The notes under the pieces are model-generated. The model was given only the letters and a program-made list of their open reading frames with translations. It was not told the origin of the DNA and did not search any database. The position numbers were made by a program, and so were the translations under genes. Below, piece by piece: positions 10,475 to 20,414 of a stretch of 64,000 bases of DNA. The stretch is taken from positions 62,001-126,000 of the IMG/VR virus record IMGVR_UViG_3300042359_000853; one strand, given 5' to 3'. Each line of letters begins with the position of its first letter. The first letter of the stretch is position 1.

Positions 10475-12600
10475 GATTGTGGAGATTCGGGATCGGCTTT
10501 CTGCCTTTTAGATTTTTTTCCATTTTTAATGGTAACCACTGATTTTTCTTCTTCACTGAGATAATCTACAATCAGGGTTGAACCTTTTGCTGGTTCGGTT
10601 TCTAGAATAAACTCAGTGAGTTCATCTTCTATCCAAGTTTGGATTGCTCTTTTCAGAGGTCTAGCTCCAAACTTAGGATCCCATCCAACAACCATAAGAT
10701 GACTCTTCATATCTGGTGAAACTTCGAGAACATACTCGATATCAAGAACCCGAGATGAAACTTTTTCAAGTTCGATTTCGATGATCTTTTCAATTGATTG
10801 TTCATCTAGAGAGTTGAACATTACAATAGAATCAATACGATTGATAAACTCTGGTGGAAACTTCTTCTTGATCTCTCTTTGGATAACAGCATCCTGATCT
10901 TTTTTAGAAGTCTCGGATTTCGCCTTGGTCTCGAAACCAAGACCGGTTCCAAACTCTTTTAGCTGCCTTACTCCGACATTTGAGGTCATAATAATGATGC
11001 AGTTTTTAAGATTCACCTTCCTGCCGTGAGAATCTGTAAGGTGCCCCTCGTCAAAAGCTTGTAAGAAAAGATTAAATACATCGGTATGTGCTTTTTCTAT
11101 TTCATCAAGTAGAATAACCGAGTAAGGTTTTCTTCTAATCTGATCTAGAATAGTCGCATCTTCGTATCCAACATATCCAGCTGATGATCCGATAATCCTA
11201 GTAATGGAAATTTTTTCCATAAACTCACTCATATCGATACGAACAAGATTATCCTCTGACTCGAACATATGTTTAGCAAGTGTTTTCGCAAGGTGTGTTT
11301 TACCAGTTCCCGTATCACCAGCGAATAGGAATACTCCAAGTGGTCGATTGGGATCTTTAAGACCGACACGACCTCTTTGGATACTTTTCACAACTGCTCT
11401 CACCGCTTCTTCTTGACCTACAACGGTTTGAGAAAGAACTTGAGTCATCTGAGAGAGTTTCTTGTTTTCAGATTGAGAAATCTTCTGAACAGGAACCCCA
11501 GACATCATCGAAACAACTTCGGCAACATGTGATTCATCGACAACTTTCTTATTCATAAGTTCGTCTTCTTCCCACTTGCGTCTTTCGATTTCAAGTTGAG
11601 TTTGTAGCTGTTTTTCAAGATCACGAAGTTTTGCGGCCTCTTCATATCTTTGACCTTTTACTACCTCGTTCTTCTTTTCTTTAATTTGCATTATTTTCTC
11701 TTCACAATCTGTGATTTCTTTGGGAACCACAACGTTTGAGATATGAACTTTTGCTCCAGCTTCATCCAAAGCATCTACCGCTTTGTCAGGAAGGTGTTTA
11801 TCAGTGATATAACGGGAAGTTAAATACACACAAGCTTGAATAGCCTCTGGTGTATAGACAACATTATGATAGCTCTCGTATCGAGGAACAATCTTTTCGA
11901 TAATCTGAATAGTTTCATCTTCGGTTGTAGGAAGAACCGTAATCTTCTGAAAACGACGCTCTAAAGCTCCATCTTTTTCGATATGCTTTCGGTATTCTTC
12001 TTGTGTTGTAGCTCCGATGATGCGAAGATCTCCACGAGAAAGTGCTGGTTTGAACATATTCGAAGCATCCATCGAACCAGATGATCCACCAGTTCCTATC
12101 ATCGTATGGATTTCATCGATAAAAAGAATAATGTCGGGATCTTTTTCGATTTCAGCAAGAAGTGATTTGACTCTTTCTTCGAATTGACCTCTGTATTTTG
12201 TTCCCGCGACAAGTGAAGCAAGATCGAGCATCCAAATTCTTTTACTAAAAAGAGCCCGTGGAACTTTTCTGTTGACAATCCTCAGAGCTAGACCATCTAC
12301 TACCGAGGTTTTACCAACACCGGGTTCTCCAAGAAGAATAGGATTATTCTTTTTTCTTCGTGAAAGAATCTGAGACATTCTGATAATCTCTTTTTCACGG
12401 CCGATGATCGGATCAACTTTACCCTCTTCGGCCATACGGGTAATATCTTTCCCGTAGTTTTCGAGCACTGGAGTTTTTGATTTAGAATCATTCTTTTTTA
12501 TCGGGTTTTTTTGTTCTTCATCATCGTCGTCATCTGAAACAGAAGCAACGATTTGACTCTTCCAAAGTTCGTATTCATAATCTGGTGTCATATTTTTCAT
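10471..12600 (-). CDS. clpC: ClpC-type AAA+ ATPase lacking the N-terminal Clp repeat domain
   Basis: GEPGVGKT, LFIDEIH, UVR-like M-domain (QRYEEAAKLRD), GDTGTGKT, LLDEIEKAH, LGF ClpP-binding loop, GARPLKR. Confidence 0.92.
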   Translation of the reverse strand: MKNMTPDYEYELWKSQIVASVSDDDDDEEQKNPIKKNDSKSKTPVLENYGKDITRMAEEGKVDPIIGREKEIIRMSQILSRRKKNNPILLGEPGVGKTSVVDGLALRIVNRKVPRALFSKRIWMLDLASLVAGTKYRGQFEERVKSLLAEIEKDPDIILFIDEIHTMIGTGGSSGSMDASNMFKPALSRGDLRIIGATTQEEYRKHIEKDGALERRFQKITVLPTTEDETIQIIEKIVPRYESYHNVVYTPEAIQACVYLTSRYITDKHLPDKAVDALDEAGAKVHISNVVVPKEITDCEEKIMQIKEKKNEVVKGQRYEEAAKLRDLEKQLQTQLEIERRKWEEDELMNKKVVDESHVAEVVSMMSGVPVQKISQSENKKLSQMTQVLSQTVVGQEEAVRAVVKSIQRGRVGLKDPNRPLGVFLFAGDTGTGKTHLAKTLAKHMFESEDNLVRIDMSEFMEKISITRIIGSSAGYVGYEDATILDQIRRKPYSVILLDEIEKAHTDVFNLFLQAFDEGHLTDSHGRKVNLKNCIIIMTSNVGVRQLKEFGTGLGFETKAKSETSKKDQDAVIQREIKKKFPPEFINRIDSIVMFNSLDEQSIEKIIEIELEKVSSRVLDIEYVLEVSPDMKSHLMVVGWDPKFGARPLKRAIQTWIEDELTEFILETEPAKGSTLIVDYLSEEEKSVVTIKNGKKSKRQKADPESPQS

Positions 12601-12627
12601 ATTTTAGTGATTATAGTTTTTTAGTTA

Positions 12628-13131
12628 TTAAAGTTCAGTAAAGGGTAGTGATAAGTTTCTATTGGAAAATTGTTTCAATCCGGTCACCTCTAGTAGTAAG
12701 ACTTTTTCAATAAAATCTGGTATCTCAAAACGATACCTAGGTGATGGTATTTCGAGTTCAGCTACAATAAGTGAATACCCACTTAAAAACTGATCTACTT
12801 CCCATTTAAGATTATTATGTGAGAAAACATGTCTTCTTTTTTGTATAAATCTACCTTGATTCCCTGGTTTTTTACATTTTTTAATAAAATTAGACCACTC
12901 CTCTTGAGTGAGATCTTTTTCATCCTCGAGGTTTATACCTTTTGAGATACTTTTTTTGATTGTGTGTATCCACCTATCGCCTAGTTTGTCATTATGATAA
13001 GTTCTGGCTCGTTCCCAGACACCATCTTTATTTTTGTAATAATACTGATCGATATCAAAGATATAGTCTGCTTCCCTGGTAGGTAGAGATTTTAGAATAA
13101 ACTTCTTTTCTATTTCGATTACGGGCATCAC
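12628..13131 (-). CDS. CYTH-domain (triphosphate tunnel) protein
   Basis: EIEKKF, KRR, WEVD.F, LIVAELE, EVTG...FSN..L. Confidence 0.8.
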   Translation of the reverse strand: MMPVIEIEKKFILKSLPTREADYIFDIDQYYYKNKDGVWERARTYHNDKLGDRWIHTIKKSISKGINLEDEKDLTQEEWSNFIKKCKKPGNQGRFIQKRRHVFSHNNLKWEVDQFLSGYSLIVAELEIPSPRYRFEIPDFIEKVLLLEVTGLKQFSNRNLSLPFTEL

Positions 13132-13385
13132 TGATCTAGGTTAGAGTTGTTATTAATCAAAAAATCTTGCATGAATACGTAGCTCTTAACTTTTATTTTT
13201 ATTTGATCGATATCTCTCCAGTCAAACCAATCTACTTTCGATTCAACATAAAAAAGAAATTGGTGAAATTTATCTAAATTTTCTAGGTAAAAGCCTGATT
13301 TTAGTTGATCCAAGTTCCATCCACGAGTGAATGTGTCAAAAAGAGTCCAGAGCTCTTCTTCTCTTGATTTTGATAGCCTTGCCAT
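13128..13385 (-). CDS. hypothetical protein
   Basis: 85-aa ORF with overlapping start/stop coupling to neighbours. Confidence 0.6.
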   Translation of the reverse strand: MARLSKSREEELWTLFDTFTRGWNLDQLKSGFYLENLDKFHQFLFYVESKVDWFDWRDIDQIKIKVKSYVFMQDFLINNNSNLDQ

Positions 13386-14095
13386 TAGTATATTTCTATT
13401 ATTTTAATCTTATTTTCTGTGTTTGATTTGATCCGATGGTGACCATCGATTACTTCATAGAGATTACCATTCTTTTTTACTACACCCTTTATTTTACTCT
13501 TTCTACCATCTATTTGTTCTTTGTGTTCAACTTTTATTCTTTTATAATGTTCGATATTCGGAAAAACTAGATCATCAACAGAGATAGTTGAAATACGCCA
13601 CTTCTTGTCTATCAATGATTGAGAAACGAACCCATATTCTTCATTTAATAAAAATGTTGTTCTTTCTTTAACCGTTTTTTGGAAGAAAAGTTCTTCTAAT
13701 ATTTGAACCAGTCGTGTAAAAAGTGGTTCTTTGATAGACACCGACTCAATAACTTGACCGTAGTATCCATCGGTTATATTCACATACCATTTATCAGGTA
13801 GAAAAAGTTTCATAGATGCGCAAATTCTTTCTATGCAATAATAATCAAAATCCCTATCAAACCCATAGACTACTTTATTTATTTTTTCATCCAAACTATA
13901 AACAATCGAATCTGGATGAAGAACTTGGATCGAAATGGAATCTACCACACGGTTAAAGTTTATATCTCGGATTTTTGTATCTCTGATAACTAAACAATTA
14001 CATATTCCGAAATTCTTACAATAGTTATTCGGACAAGGATGATCGATATCTGTAGCGGTATCTATATACCACTTGAAATCATTAATTATTTCCAT
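13385..14095 (-). CDS. protein with a C-terminal ParB/Srx-like motif
   Basis: YEVIDGHHRI near the C-terminus; Cys cluster near the N-terminus. Confidence 0.55.
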   Translation of the reverse strand: MEIINDFKWYIDTATDIDHPCPNNYCKNFGICNCLVIRDTKIRDINFNRVVDSISIQVLHPDSIVYSLDEKINKVVYGFDRDFDYYCIERICASMKLFLPDKWYVNITDGYYGQVIESVSIKEPLFTRLVQILEELFFQKTVKERTTFLLNEEYGFVSQSLIDKKWRISTISVDDLVFPNIEHYKRIKVEHKEQIDGRKSKIKGVVKKNGNLYEVIDGHHRIKSNTENKIKIIEIY

Positions 14096-14381
14096 AGTTT
14101 GATTTAGGTTTTACTTTAATTTTTTGAGTTCCGTATTCTTTGTAAAAATAAATCTTTCTTGATAAAAGTGAAGAAAACATCTTCATAAGTGTACTAGTTC
14201 TAAGAGAAAGTGGTGATACGAAATTTCCATTAGAAAGTTTAGGAATGTGCTTAATTGAAACAACTTCATCAACCGGCTCAGAGAAGAAAACTTCTTCTAC
14301 TCCGGCCATGTTTTGTGCATCCTTGGCAAGGGACATTACCTTCGACCCTACTTTGTATCGCAGTTGATAGTATAAACTCAT
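14082..14381 (-). CDS. hypothetical protein
   Basis: 99-aa ORF directly downstream of a TATATTTG element. Confidence 0.6.
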   Translation of the reverse strand: MSLYYQLRYKVGSKVMSLAKDAQNMAGVEEVFFSEPVDEVVSIKHIPKLSNGNFVSPLSLRTSTLMKMFSSLLSRKIYFYKEYGTQKIKVKPKSNYGNN

Positions 14382-14385
14382 AGAG

Positions 14386-14393
14386 CAAATATA
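14386..14393 (-). promoter_or_regulatory. Bacteroidota sigma-A -7 element (TAnnTTTG)
   Basis: TATATTTG on the minus strand 4 nt before ATG 14381; -33 element poor. Confidence 0.55.
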
Positions 14394-14488
14394 CGGAAAA
14401 AAGTTCGTTTCCAGCGCGTCGGGTGCAACATAATGATATATACAACTTACATACTTTTTTTAATATATACTAAAAATACTTAAAGATT

Positions 14489-14875
14489 ATGAATATAAAA
14501 GCAGATTATACACTACCAGTTACCTTAACAGACGAAAGTTTTGATAGTTTTATTGAAACGGGTGTTCGTGTGGTTTATGTAAAAGCTTCTTGGTGTGGTC
14601 CTTGTCGTATGATGGCTCCTGTCATCGATGATCTAGCCAGAGAGTTTGGTGGAGAGGATAAAGTTATATTTGGTAAAGTTGATGCCGATGATTGTGTGGA
14701 GACTTGCCTGAGTTTGAAGGTTAGGAGTGTTCCTACTATTGTTATCTATAAAGATGGAGAATTGAAAGATAAGAAGACAGGAGTGGTTGCAAAACCTGTT
14801 CTGATTGAAATGTTTAAGAGTTTGATGAATGATAACTCTACGGGTGATATTGATACCGGTTCTGAAGATTTTTAA
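14489..14875 (+). CDS. trxA: thioredoxin
   Basis: WCGPC active site, VRSVPT cis-Pro loop. Confidence 0.92.
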   Translation: MNIKADYTLPVTLTDESFDSFIETGVRVVYVKASWCGPCRMMAPVIDDLAREFGGEDKVIFGKVDADDCVETCLSLKVRSVPTIVIYKDGELKDKKTGVVAKPVLIEMFKSLMNDNSTGDIDTGSEDF

Positions 14876-14893
14876 ATCATTTACCCAAAAAAA

Positions 14894-15343
14894 ATGAAAA
14901 AGTTAGAGGGTGGATTGATAATTAAAAATAAGAAGGCTTATTTTGATTATCATATAGAAGAAGAATATACAGCAGGGATACAACTCTTTGGGTCAGAAGT
15001 TAAATCTATTCGTAATTCGGATATACAAATTCGTGATTCTTTTATAGAGGTAAGAAATGGTGAGTGTTTTCTTGTAAACACTCATATTAAATCTTCTTGT
15101 TCTGGAGGATTTTTTTCACATGAAGTTTCTAGAGTAAGAAAGTTATTGTTGAAAAAAAGGGAGATCATCAAAATTCATAAGTTGACAAGTCTAAAGGGTC
15201 TGACCTGTGTGTTACTTGAGTTGTATTGGCATAATCACATAATTAAGTGTAGAATCGGAGTAGCAAAGGGTAAAAAGAATTATGACAAGAGACAATCTGA
15301 GAAAGATATGGAAATAGATCGATATATGAAATCGTTTCTGTAA
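14894..15343 (+). CDS. smpB: SsrA-binding protein SmpB
   Basis: NKKAYFDY.IEE.Y.AGI.L.GSEVKSIR, RKLLL.KREI, AKGKK.YDKR. Confidence 0.93.
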   Translation: MKKLEGGLIIKNKKAYFDYHIEEEYTAGIQLFGSEVKSIRNSDIQIRDSFIEVRNGECFLVNTHIKSSCSGGFFSHEVSRVRKLLLKKREIIKIHKLTSLKGLTCVLLELYWHNHIIKCRIGVAKGKKNYDKRQSEKDMEIDRYMKSFL

Positions 15344-15371
15344 ACTCGATAAACCCGATAGATTTTTAAAA

Positions 15372-15551
15372 TTAATTGTTGTCTGGTTCCAGGTCATACT
15401 CCGGTTTTTCTATGAATACCCCGTATTCAATGATGTTGATTCTGTAGTATATAACGTCATTTTTGAGAGATATTTCTTCTACTACTCCTCTCAGTGGGTC
15501 AGGACTAAGGGTTTTAACTTTATCACCCAGATTGAATTTTGGCGTATTCAT
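15372..15551 (-). CDS. 59-aa small protein, possibly SH3/KOW-like; absent from the ORF track
   Basis: Own translation MNTPKFNLGDKVKTLSPDPLRGVVEEISLKNDVIYYRINIIEYGVFIEKPEYDLEPDNN; fills the gap between smpB and the LamG ORF. Confidence 0.7.
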   Translation of the reverse strand: MNTPKFNLGDKVKTLSPDPLRGVVEEISLKNDVIYYRINIIEYGVFIEKPEYDLEPDNN

Positions 15552-15556
15552 TTTTT

Positions 15557-16345
15557 TTAAGTTATATTAAATTGTGTTTTCAAAATATTATAATTCGATA
15601 ATACTTCAGCGTCAGTTAGAGTTCTATTGTAAATATGTATTGAGTATAAATTAGTTTCTCCAATAAAACCATCAAAACAGGAACCAGGACCTCTACCTGT
15701 CATTAAATCACTTCCACCTCCCGACGGAGTTGAATTGACAGATACACCGGTTTTTGTTGGTGATTGTAGAACACCATTGATATATGCTTTGGCGTTGTCC
15801 ACACCCGATTTACAACTTCCAACAATATAAAGGTCTTGGCCAATCCAGTTTGTTGATGCCAATCCGAAACCAACACCTCCACCAGCTCCATCAAAGAAAT
15901 CAAGTGCCAAATTTGGCGCCACACTCACATTATTGGAAGTGTTATACATATAAAAACTGAACTTTCTAGTCAGTCCGGTGCAAAAATCCAAATTTATAAG
16001 TGATGACCATCTGAAACCAGCATTTCCGTGTGGGATACTTATTTGTCTTAAGAATATACATACTGTTATTTCACTTGCACTACGTGCTAAAGGAGCACCA
16101 GAACCCCACGTGATGTAAGGTGTGTTTATTGTCGCGTTATTAAATTGTAGTGATTTTGTTGAACCACTATTATAGGTAACATTTCCAGAGTTGATTATTG
16201 TCCCCGTATAAGTATTAGGCGATAAATCAAATACATCAGCACCTGACCCTGGATAACTTGAACTGTTGGATATATTAGTGTAAAGTACCAAACCAGTTTG
16301 GTCTATATCCTGAGTCACAACAGTAGGTGTAATGGTAGGTGTCAT
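15557..16345 (-). CDS. LamG/concanavalin-A-like domain; in frame with, and probably the C-terminus of, 16385-20359
   Basis: GLVLY....SSSYPGSG....DLS, AKAYINGV, IYNRTLTDAEVLSNY; separated from the upstream ORF by one TAA and 13 in-frame repeat codons. Confidence 0.8.
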   Translation of the reverse strand: MTPTITPTVVTQDIDQTGLVLYTNISNSSSYPGSGADVFDLSPNTYTGTIINSGNVTYNSGSTKSLQFNNATINTPYITWGSGAPLARSASEITVCIFLRQISIPHGNAGFRWSSLINLDFCTGLTRKFSFYMYNTSNNVSVAPNLALDFFDGAGGGVGFGLASTNWIGQDLYIVGSCKSGVDNAKAYINGVLQSPTKTGVSVNSTPSGGGSDLMTGRGPGSCFDGFIGETNLYSIHIYNRTLTDAEVLSNYNILKTQFNIT

Positions 16346-17610
16346 CGTAGGAGTTTCGGTTGGTGTTTCGGTATTGGTTGGTGTTTAAGTTGGGGTTTCG
16401 GTAGGAGTATCAGTGTTTGTTGGTGTAGGTGTTTCAGTTGGAGTTTCGGTTGGAGTCCTCGTAGGAGTTTCGGTTGGTGTTTCGGTATTGGTTGGTGTTT
16501 GAGTTGGTGTTTCGGTAGGAGTATCAGTATTTGTTGGTGTAGATGTTTCAGTAGGTGTCTGTGTTGGTGTTTGAGTTGGTGTTTCGGTAGGAGTATCAGT
16601 ATTTGTTGGTGTAGATGTTTCGGTAGGTGTTTCGGTAGGGGTTTCGGTAGGGGTTTCGGTATTGGTTGGTGTTTCGATAGGAGTATCAGTATTTGTTGGT
16701 GTAGGTGTTTCAGTAGGAGTTTCGGTAGGTGTTTCGGTAGGGGTTTCGGTAGGGGTTTCGGTATTGGTTGGTGTTTCGATAGGAGTATCAGTATTTGTTG
16801 GTGTAGGTGTTTCAGTAGGAGTTTCGGTTGGTGTTTCGGTATTGGTTGGTGTTTGAGTTGGTGTTTCTGTAGGAGTATCAGTATTTGTTGGTGTAGGTGT
16901 TTCAGTTGGGGTTTTGGTAGGTGTCTCCGTAGGAGTTTCGGTTGGTGTTTCGGTATTGGTTGGTGTTTGAGTTGGTGTTTCGGTAGGAGTATCGGTATTT
17001 GTTGGTGTAGATGTTTCAGTAGGTGTCTGTGTTGGTGTTTCAGTTGGTGTTTCTGTAGGAGTATCGGTATTTGTCGGTGTAGGTGTTTCGGTAGGTGTTT
17101 CGGTAGGGGTTTCGGTAGGTGTTTCGGTATTGGTTGGTGTTTGAGTTGGTGTTTCGATAGGAGTATCGGTATTTGTCGGTGTAGATGTTTCAGTAGGAGT
17201 TTCGGTTGGTGTTTCGGTATTGGTTGGTGTTTGAGTTGGTGTTTCGGTAGGAGTATCAGTATTTGTTGGTGTAGGTGTTTCAGTTGGGGTTTTGGTTGGT
17301 GTCTCCGTAGTAGTTTCGGTTGGGGTCTGAGTATTCGTTGGTGTGTTAGATGGTGTTTGTGTATTTGTAGGAGTATTTGTAGGTGTTTCAGTTGGAGTCT
17401 GAGTATTTGTAGGAGTATTTGTAGGTGTTTCAGTTGGAGTCTGAGTATTTGTTGGTGTAGGTGTTTCAGTTGGGGTTTCAGGTGGTGACGCACCCGGTGT
17501 TTCGGTATTTGTTGGTGTAGGTGTTTCAGTAGGTGTCTGTGTTGGTGTTTGAGTTGGTGTTTCGGTAGGAGTGTCAGTAATTGTTGGTGTAGGTGTTGAT
17601 GGAATCGTTG
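16320..17610 (-). repeat. coding tandem repeat, 12-nt units ([16 protein letters not shown]) with higher-order units; mucin-like tract of about 400 aa
   Basis: Plus strand shows repeated GTTGGTGTTTCG/GTAGGTGTTTCA-type units. Confidence 0.95.
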
Positions 17611-20359
17611 TGGTCGAAGTAGTAGTAGTAGATAGAGTGAATGGTGTGTATCCGAACACGTTCATGGATGGATAAGTTGTTGTAGTTGTTGTTGTTTGAT
17701 ATTGTCCTATATTATTATCCTGACAGAATTGACAGAAATTCGATGCCAGACTATATGTTTCTCCTATAGTAGTCACACCCAAACAATCAAGTTCTGGTAT
17801 AGTTGGGTTACTATATTGCCAGCAGAAACCACCTTGTGTGAAACCCCATCCAGAGGCACTTATATACCCAGGTATCAGTATACTATAAGTGTTAGTCGAT
17901 GTATTCCCACATATTTCTGCTGTATACCTGTAAGGATATGTGTAATTACAAATATTTGGTATAAGTTCTCCCGAGTATGTGAAATTCTCGGATTTAATCT
18001 CTGATTCTTTTATTATTTTCCAATAGTCAAAATGTCCTTTTATGAAACCATAAGTAGCACTCAGAATATCGGCAGGAACAATATAAGATGGGATCTTAAT
18101 TACTTTTCTAGACTGTTGTGCGAAACAAGGCAAGAGACATTGTTCTACTGTAAAAAATCTGAATTCGGAGCTATCTAGTAATATTGAAAATTTCCAATCA
18201 TCAAAATAATTATCATTTAACAGATTCAAGGTTTGTATTGATTGACCACTCACATCTATTGAATCAACTTTAGAAAGAGCGAATTTGATTCCTTGAAAGA
18301 GGGTAAGATTTGGAATATCACTCCTACCTGTGTTGAATTTAGACCATTTCCTCGATCCCTGAACATTTATTAGATTGAAACTGAACGTTTTTCCGAAAAA
18401 ATCTACAAAATAGTCCGAAGATGAAGAAAAATAGCTTCCAATATCAAAATAAAAATTCCTATCTGAATCCGAGACATGCAAACTATGAAAAGAATATGAA
18501 TGTCCGTCGGCATTTATGGTATAGAAATAATCTAAGTTTCGGTCACTTCTCGTTACGATTGAGTTAAAACTATTAGGACTCCTATTAAACTCATCAGATA
18601 ACAAGGAATTGTTTAGAAGATATGGATAATCGTTTGTGTTTTGAGAGTTCTTCCATCCCCACTTCAAGAAGATTGGATTCTTTCTCCAAATATCGGTGAG
18701 ATCTGCCCCGTCGATCTTAAATGTCTCCAAATTAGATGTGTATTCAGAAGAAGAGGGTAGATAGGTAATTTCGTTTGATAGATTGAACCTCTCAAAATCT
18801 TTCGGGTTCGACTTGTCTTTAAAATCCCTAAGATAGAATTTGGGCTCATCAGTTTTAATATTGAGGGAACTTTCAAATTCGTATTGGTATCTAGAATAGA
18901 CAGTATCTATAACATCGATATCGAAATCCTTTATATCGAGAAATTTGAACTTGTATATTTTGAATATTTTTGGTTTTCCATTTTCATCTAAAAGATCGAT
19001 CTTGGTTATGCCTGACTCTTCTGGAAAATTTATATAATACTCCATTATATCATTTGTGAATCTAAATCCACCATCAGATATAATATAATAGGAACCGCTA
19101 GAATTTTTATGGATTCTATAGAAAGAATCGTCAATACTGATACCCCATATATCGACTGATGAGAAATTATCAATATTAATGTTTTGTTCTGGTAATTGTG
19201 GGTCACATGGATACTCGGTATTTCGTAGTTTCAATTCATTATTTGTGTTAACAGTCCAGATATTCGTATTTAAACTACTTGATGTTAAACCTGAAAAGGA
19301 AGTCGCCGCAATAATTTTCCAGTTCTGAATTTCATTTGAAATAACTCTTTCCACTTTATAAAAATCACCTCGTATTTGAATCCATGTGTAATCTCTTATC
19401 CGCCACTCCTCAAGAAATGGAGATGATGAACTAGTTGAGGTAAGAAAATTATTTTCATCAATTAATATGTTTGGTGACAAATTTTGCGGTTGGTAAAAAC
19501 TTATCCCTTTCACTTCTTCGATGTCTTCAAAATAAAAACCATAATACCGGTTGAGAGTCCATCTACGAAGTGTATTCTTTGTAGCTGGCTCATCATCAAA
19601 CAGAAAACTCAAATTTAGAATGTTAGGATGGATAATTCCTGAGTTGGCCCACCCTTCAAAAACCATTTTCTGAAAATCGAAATATGTTTGCTCATTAGAA
19701 AGAAAACTATTGAGTATAGAAGACTTTGTGGTAAATAAACCAGTTGAAAGATCTATACCAGTCCAATAAGAAAATTCAGAATCTCTGAAATCTATCCAAA
19801 GACTCGACGTTGGAAACTGGTCATTATCTTCATAATTCTTCTTTAACCATTCTGATATAGAATTGTTACCTTTTAGATCAAAACACTTTACAAACTTCAA
19901 TTTATCTAAAATCTGTTCTCGAAAATTATTTCTTGTTATTTCAACTAAACCTGGATCATCGACTCTAAATATAACAAAACACTTTGGGATACCGTTTCTT
20001 TCAATCCATAACGGAGAAAAGAACTCGAATTCTTCTAAGTAATCTTTATTATTACCTATATTTGATGAACCACTAAAATACAAAGAGTCAATTTGATTTT
20101 CAAAGTTTTGAAACATCAAACTTTTATCACCATCAAATTTGATCTTGAAAATTAATTCTTTTGGGAAACTCCTGAAATAAGTTGCGTAAATTTCACCTAT
20201 ATAATCTGATGGTGAAACGGGCCTCTTCTTGAAGCTAGAACTGGAAAGTATCGGATCCGAATCTATCGAATCTAAAGATATCTTTGATTCAGAATCTACG
20301 ACGATTTTAACATTAGCACTAAGACCAACATTTGTTCTTAAAAGGGAGAAACTTTTCAT
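16385..20359 (-). CDS. large predicted virion protein: globular N-terminal region, Cys-containing segment and Thr/Pro mucin-like tract
   Basis: 1324-aa ORF, no signal peptide, ATATATA motif upstream, lies among structural-type genes. Confidence 0.7.
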   Translation of the reverse strand: MKSFSLLRTNVGLSANVKIVVDSESKISLDSIDSDPILSSSSFKKRPVSPSDYIGEIYATYFRSFPKELIFKIKFDGDKSLMFQNFENQIDSLYFSGSSNIGNNKDYLEEFEFFSPLWIERNGIPKCFVIFRVDDPGLVEITRNNFREQILDKLKFVKCFDLKGNNSISEWLKKNYEDNDQFPTSSLWIDFRDSEFSYWTGIDLSTGLFTTKSSILNSFLSNEQTYFDFQKMVFEGWANSGIIHPNILNLSFLFDDEPATKNTLRRWTLNRYYGFYFEDIEEVKGISFYQPQNLSPNILIDENNFLTSTSSSSPFLEEWRIRDYTWIQIRGDFYKVERVISNEIQNWKIIAATSFSGLTSSSLNTNIWTVNTNNELKLRNTEYPCDPQLPEQNINIDNFSSVDIWGISIDDSFYRIHKNSSGSYYIISDGGFRFTNDIMEYYINFPEESGITKIDLLDENGKPKIFKIYKFKFLDIKDFDIDVIDTVYSRYQYEFESSLNIKTDEPKFYLRDFKDKSNPKDFERFNLSNEITYLPSSSEYTSNLETFKIDGADLTDIWRKNPIFLKWGWKNSQNTNDYPYLLNNSLLSDEFNRSPNSFNSIVTRSDRNLDYFYTINADGHSYSFHSLHVSDSDRNFYFDIGSYFSSSSDYFVDFFGKTFSFNLINVQGSRKWSKFNTGRSDIPNLTLFQGIKFALSKVDSIDVSGQSIQTLNLLNDNYFDDWKFSILLDSSEFRFFTVEQCLLPCFAQQSRKVIKIPSYIVPADILSATYGFIKGHFDYWKIIKESEIKSENFTYSGELIPNICNYTYPYRYTAEICGNTSTNTYSILIPGYISASGWGFTQGGFCWQYSNPTIPELDCLGVTTIGETYSLASNFCQFCQDNNIGQYQTTTTTTTYPSMNVFGYTPFTLSTTTTSTTTIPSTPTPTITDTPTETPTQTPTQTPTETPTPTNTETPGASPPETPTETPTPTNTQTPTETPTNTPTNTQTPTETPTNTPTNTQTPSNTPTNTQTPTETTTETPTKTPTETPTPTNTDTPTETPTQTPTNTETPTETPTETSTPTNTDTPIETPTQTPTNTETPTETPTETPTETPTPTNTDTPTETPTETPTQTPTETSTPTNTDTPTETPTQTPTNTETPTETPTETPTKTPTETPTPTNTDTPTETPTQTPTNTETPTETPTETPTPTNTDTPIETPTNTETPTETPTETPTETPTETPTPTNTDTPIETPTNTETPTETPTETPTETSTPTNTDTPTETPTQTPTQTPTETSTPTNTDTPTETPTQTPTNTETPTETPTRTPTETPTETPTPTNTDTPTETPT

Positions 20360-20414
20360 TTTTACCTTCGTTTATATATAAATAGTGAAGGTTGTCATCT
20401 AGGAACGATATCAA

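Noticed and set aside
15344-15556. tmRNA expected next to smpB
   Set aside because: Too short, no tRNA-like termini, and occupied by a clean 59-aa minus-strand ORF
16385-16387. Genome-wide stop-codon reassignment
   Set aside because: TAA, TAG and TGA all end conserved genes at expected positions and coding density is high under the standard code; this is the only interrupted gene seen
16298-17493. Long alternative-frame ORFs (Cys/Trp/Gly-rich 396 aa; His/Gln/Leu-rich 383 aa; Val/Gly-rich 64 aa)
   Set aside because: Shadow frames of the Thr/Pro repeat, which lacks stops in several frames
16320-17610. CRISPR array or telomere-like GT-rich repeat
   Set aside because: No unique spacers; units are codon-phased and vary mostly at synonymous positions
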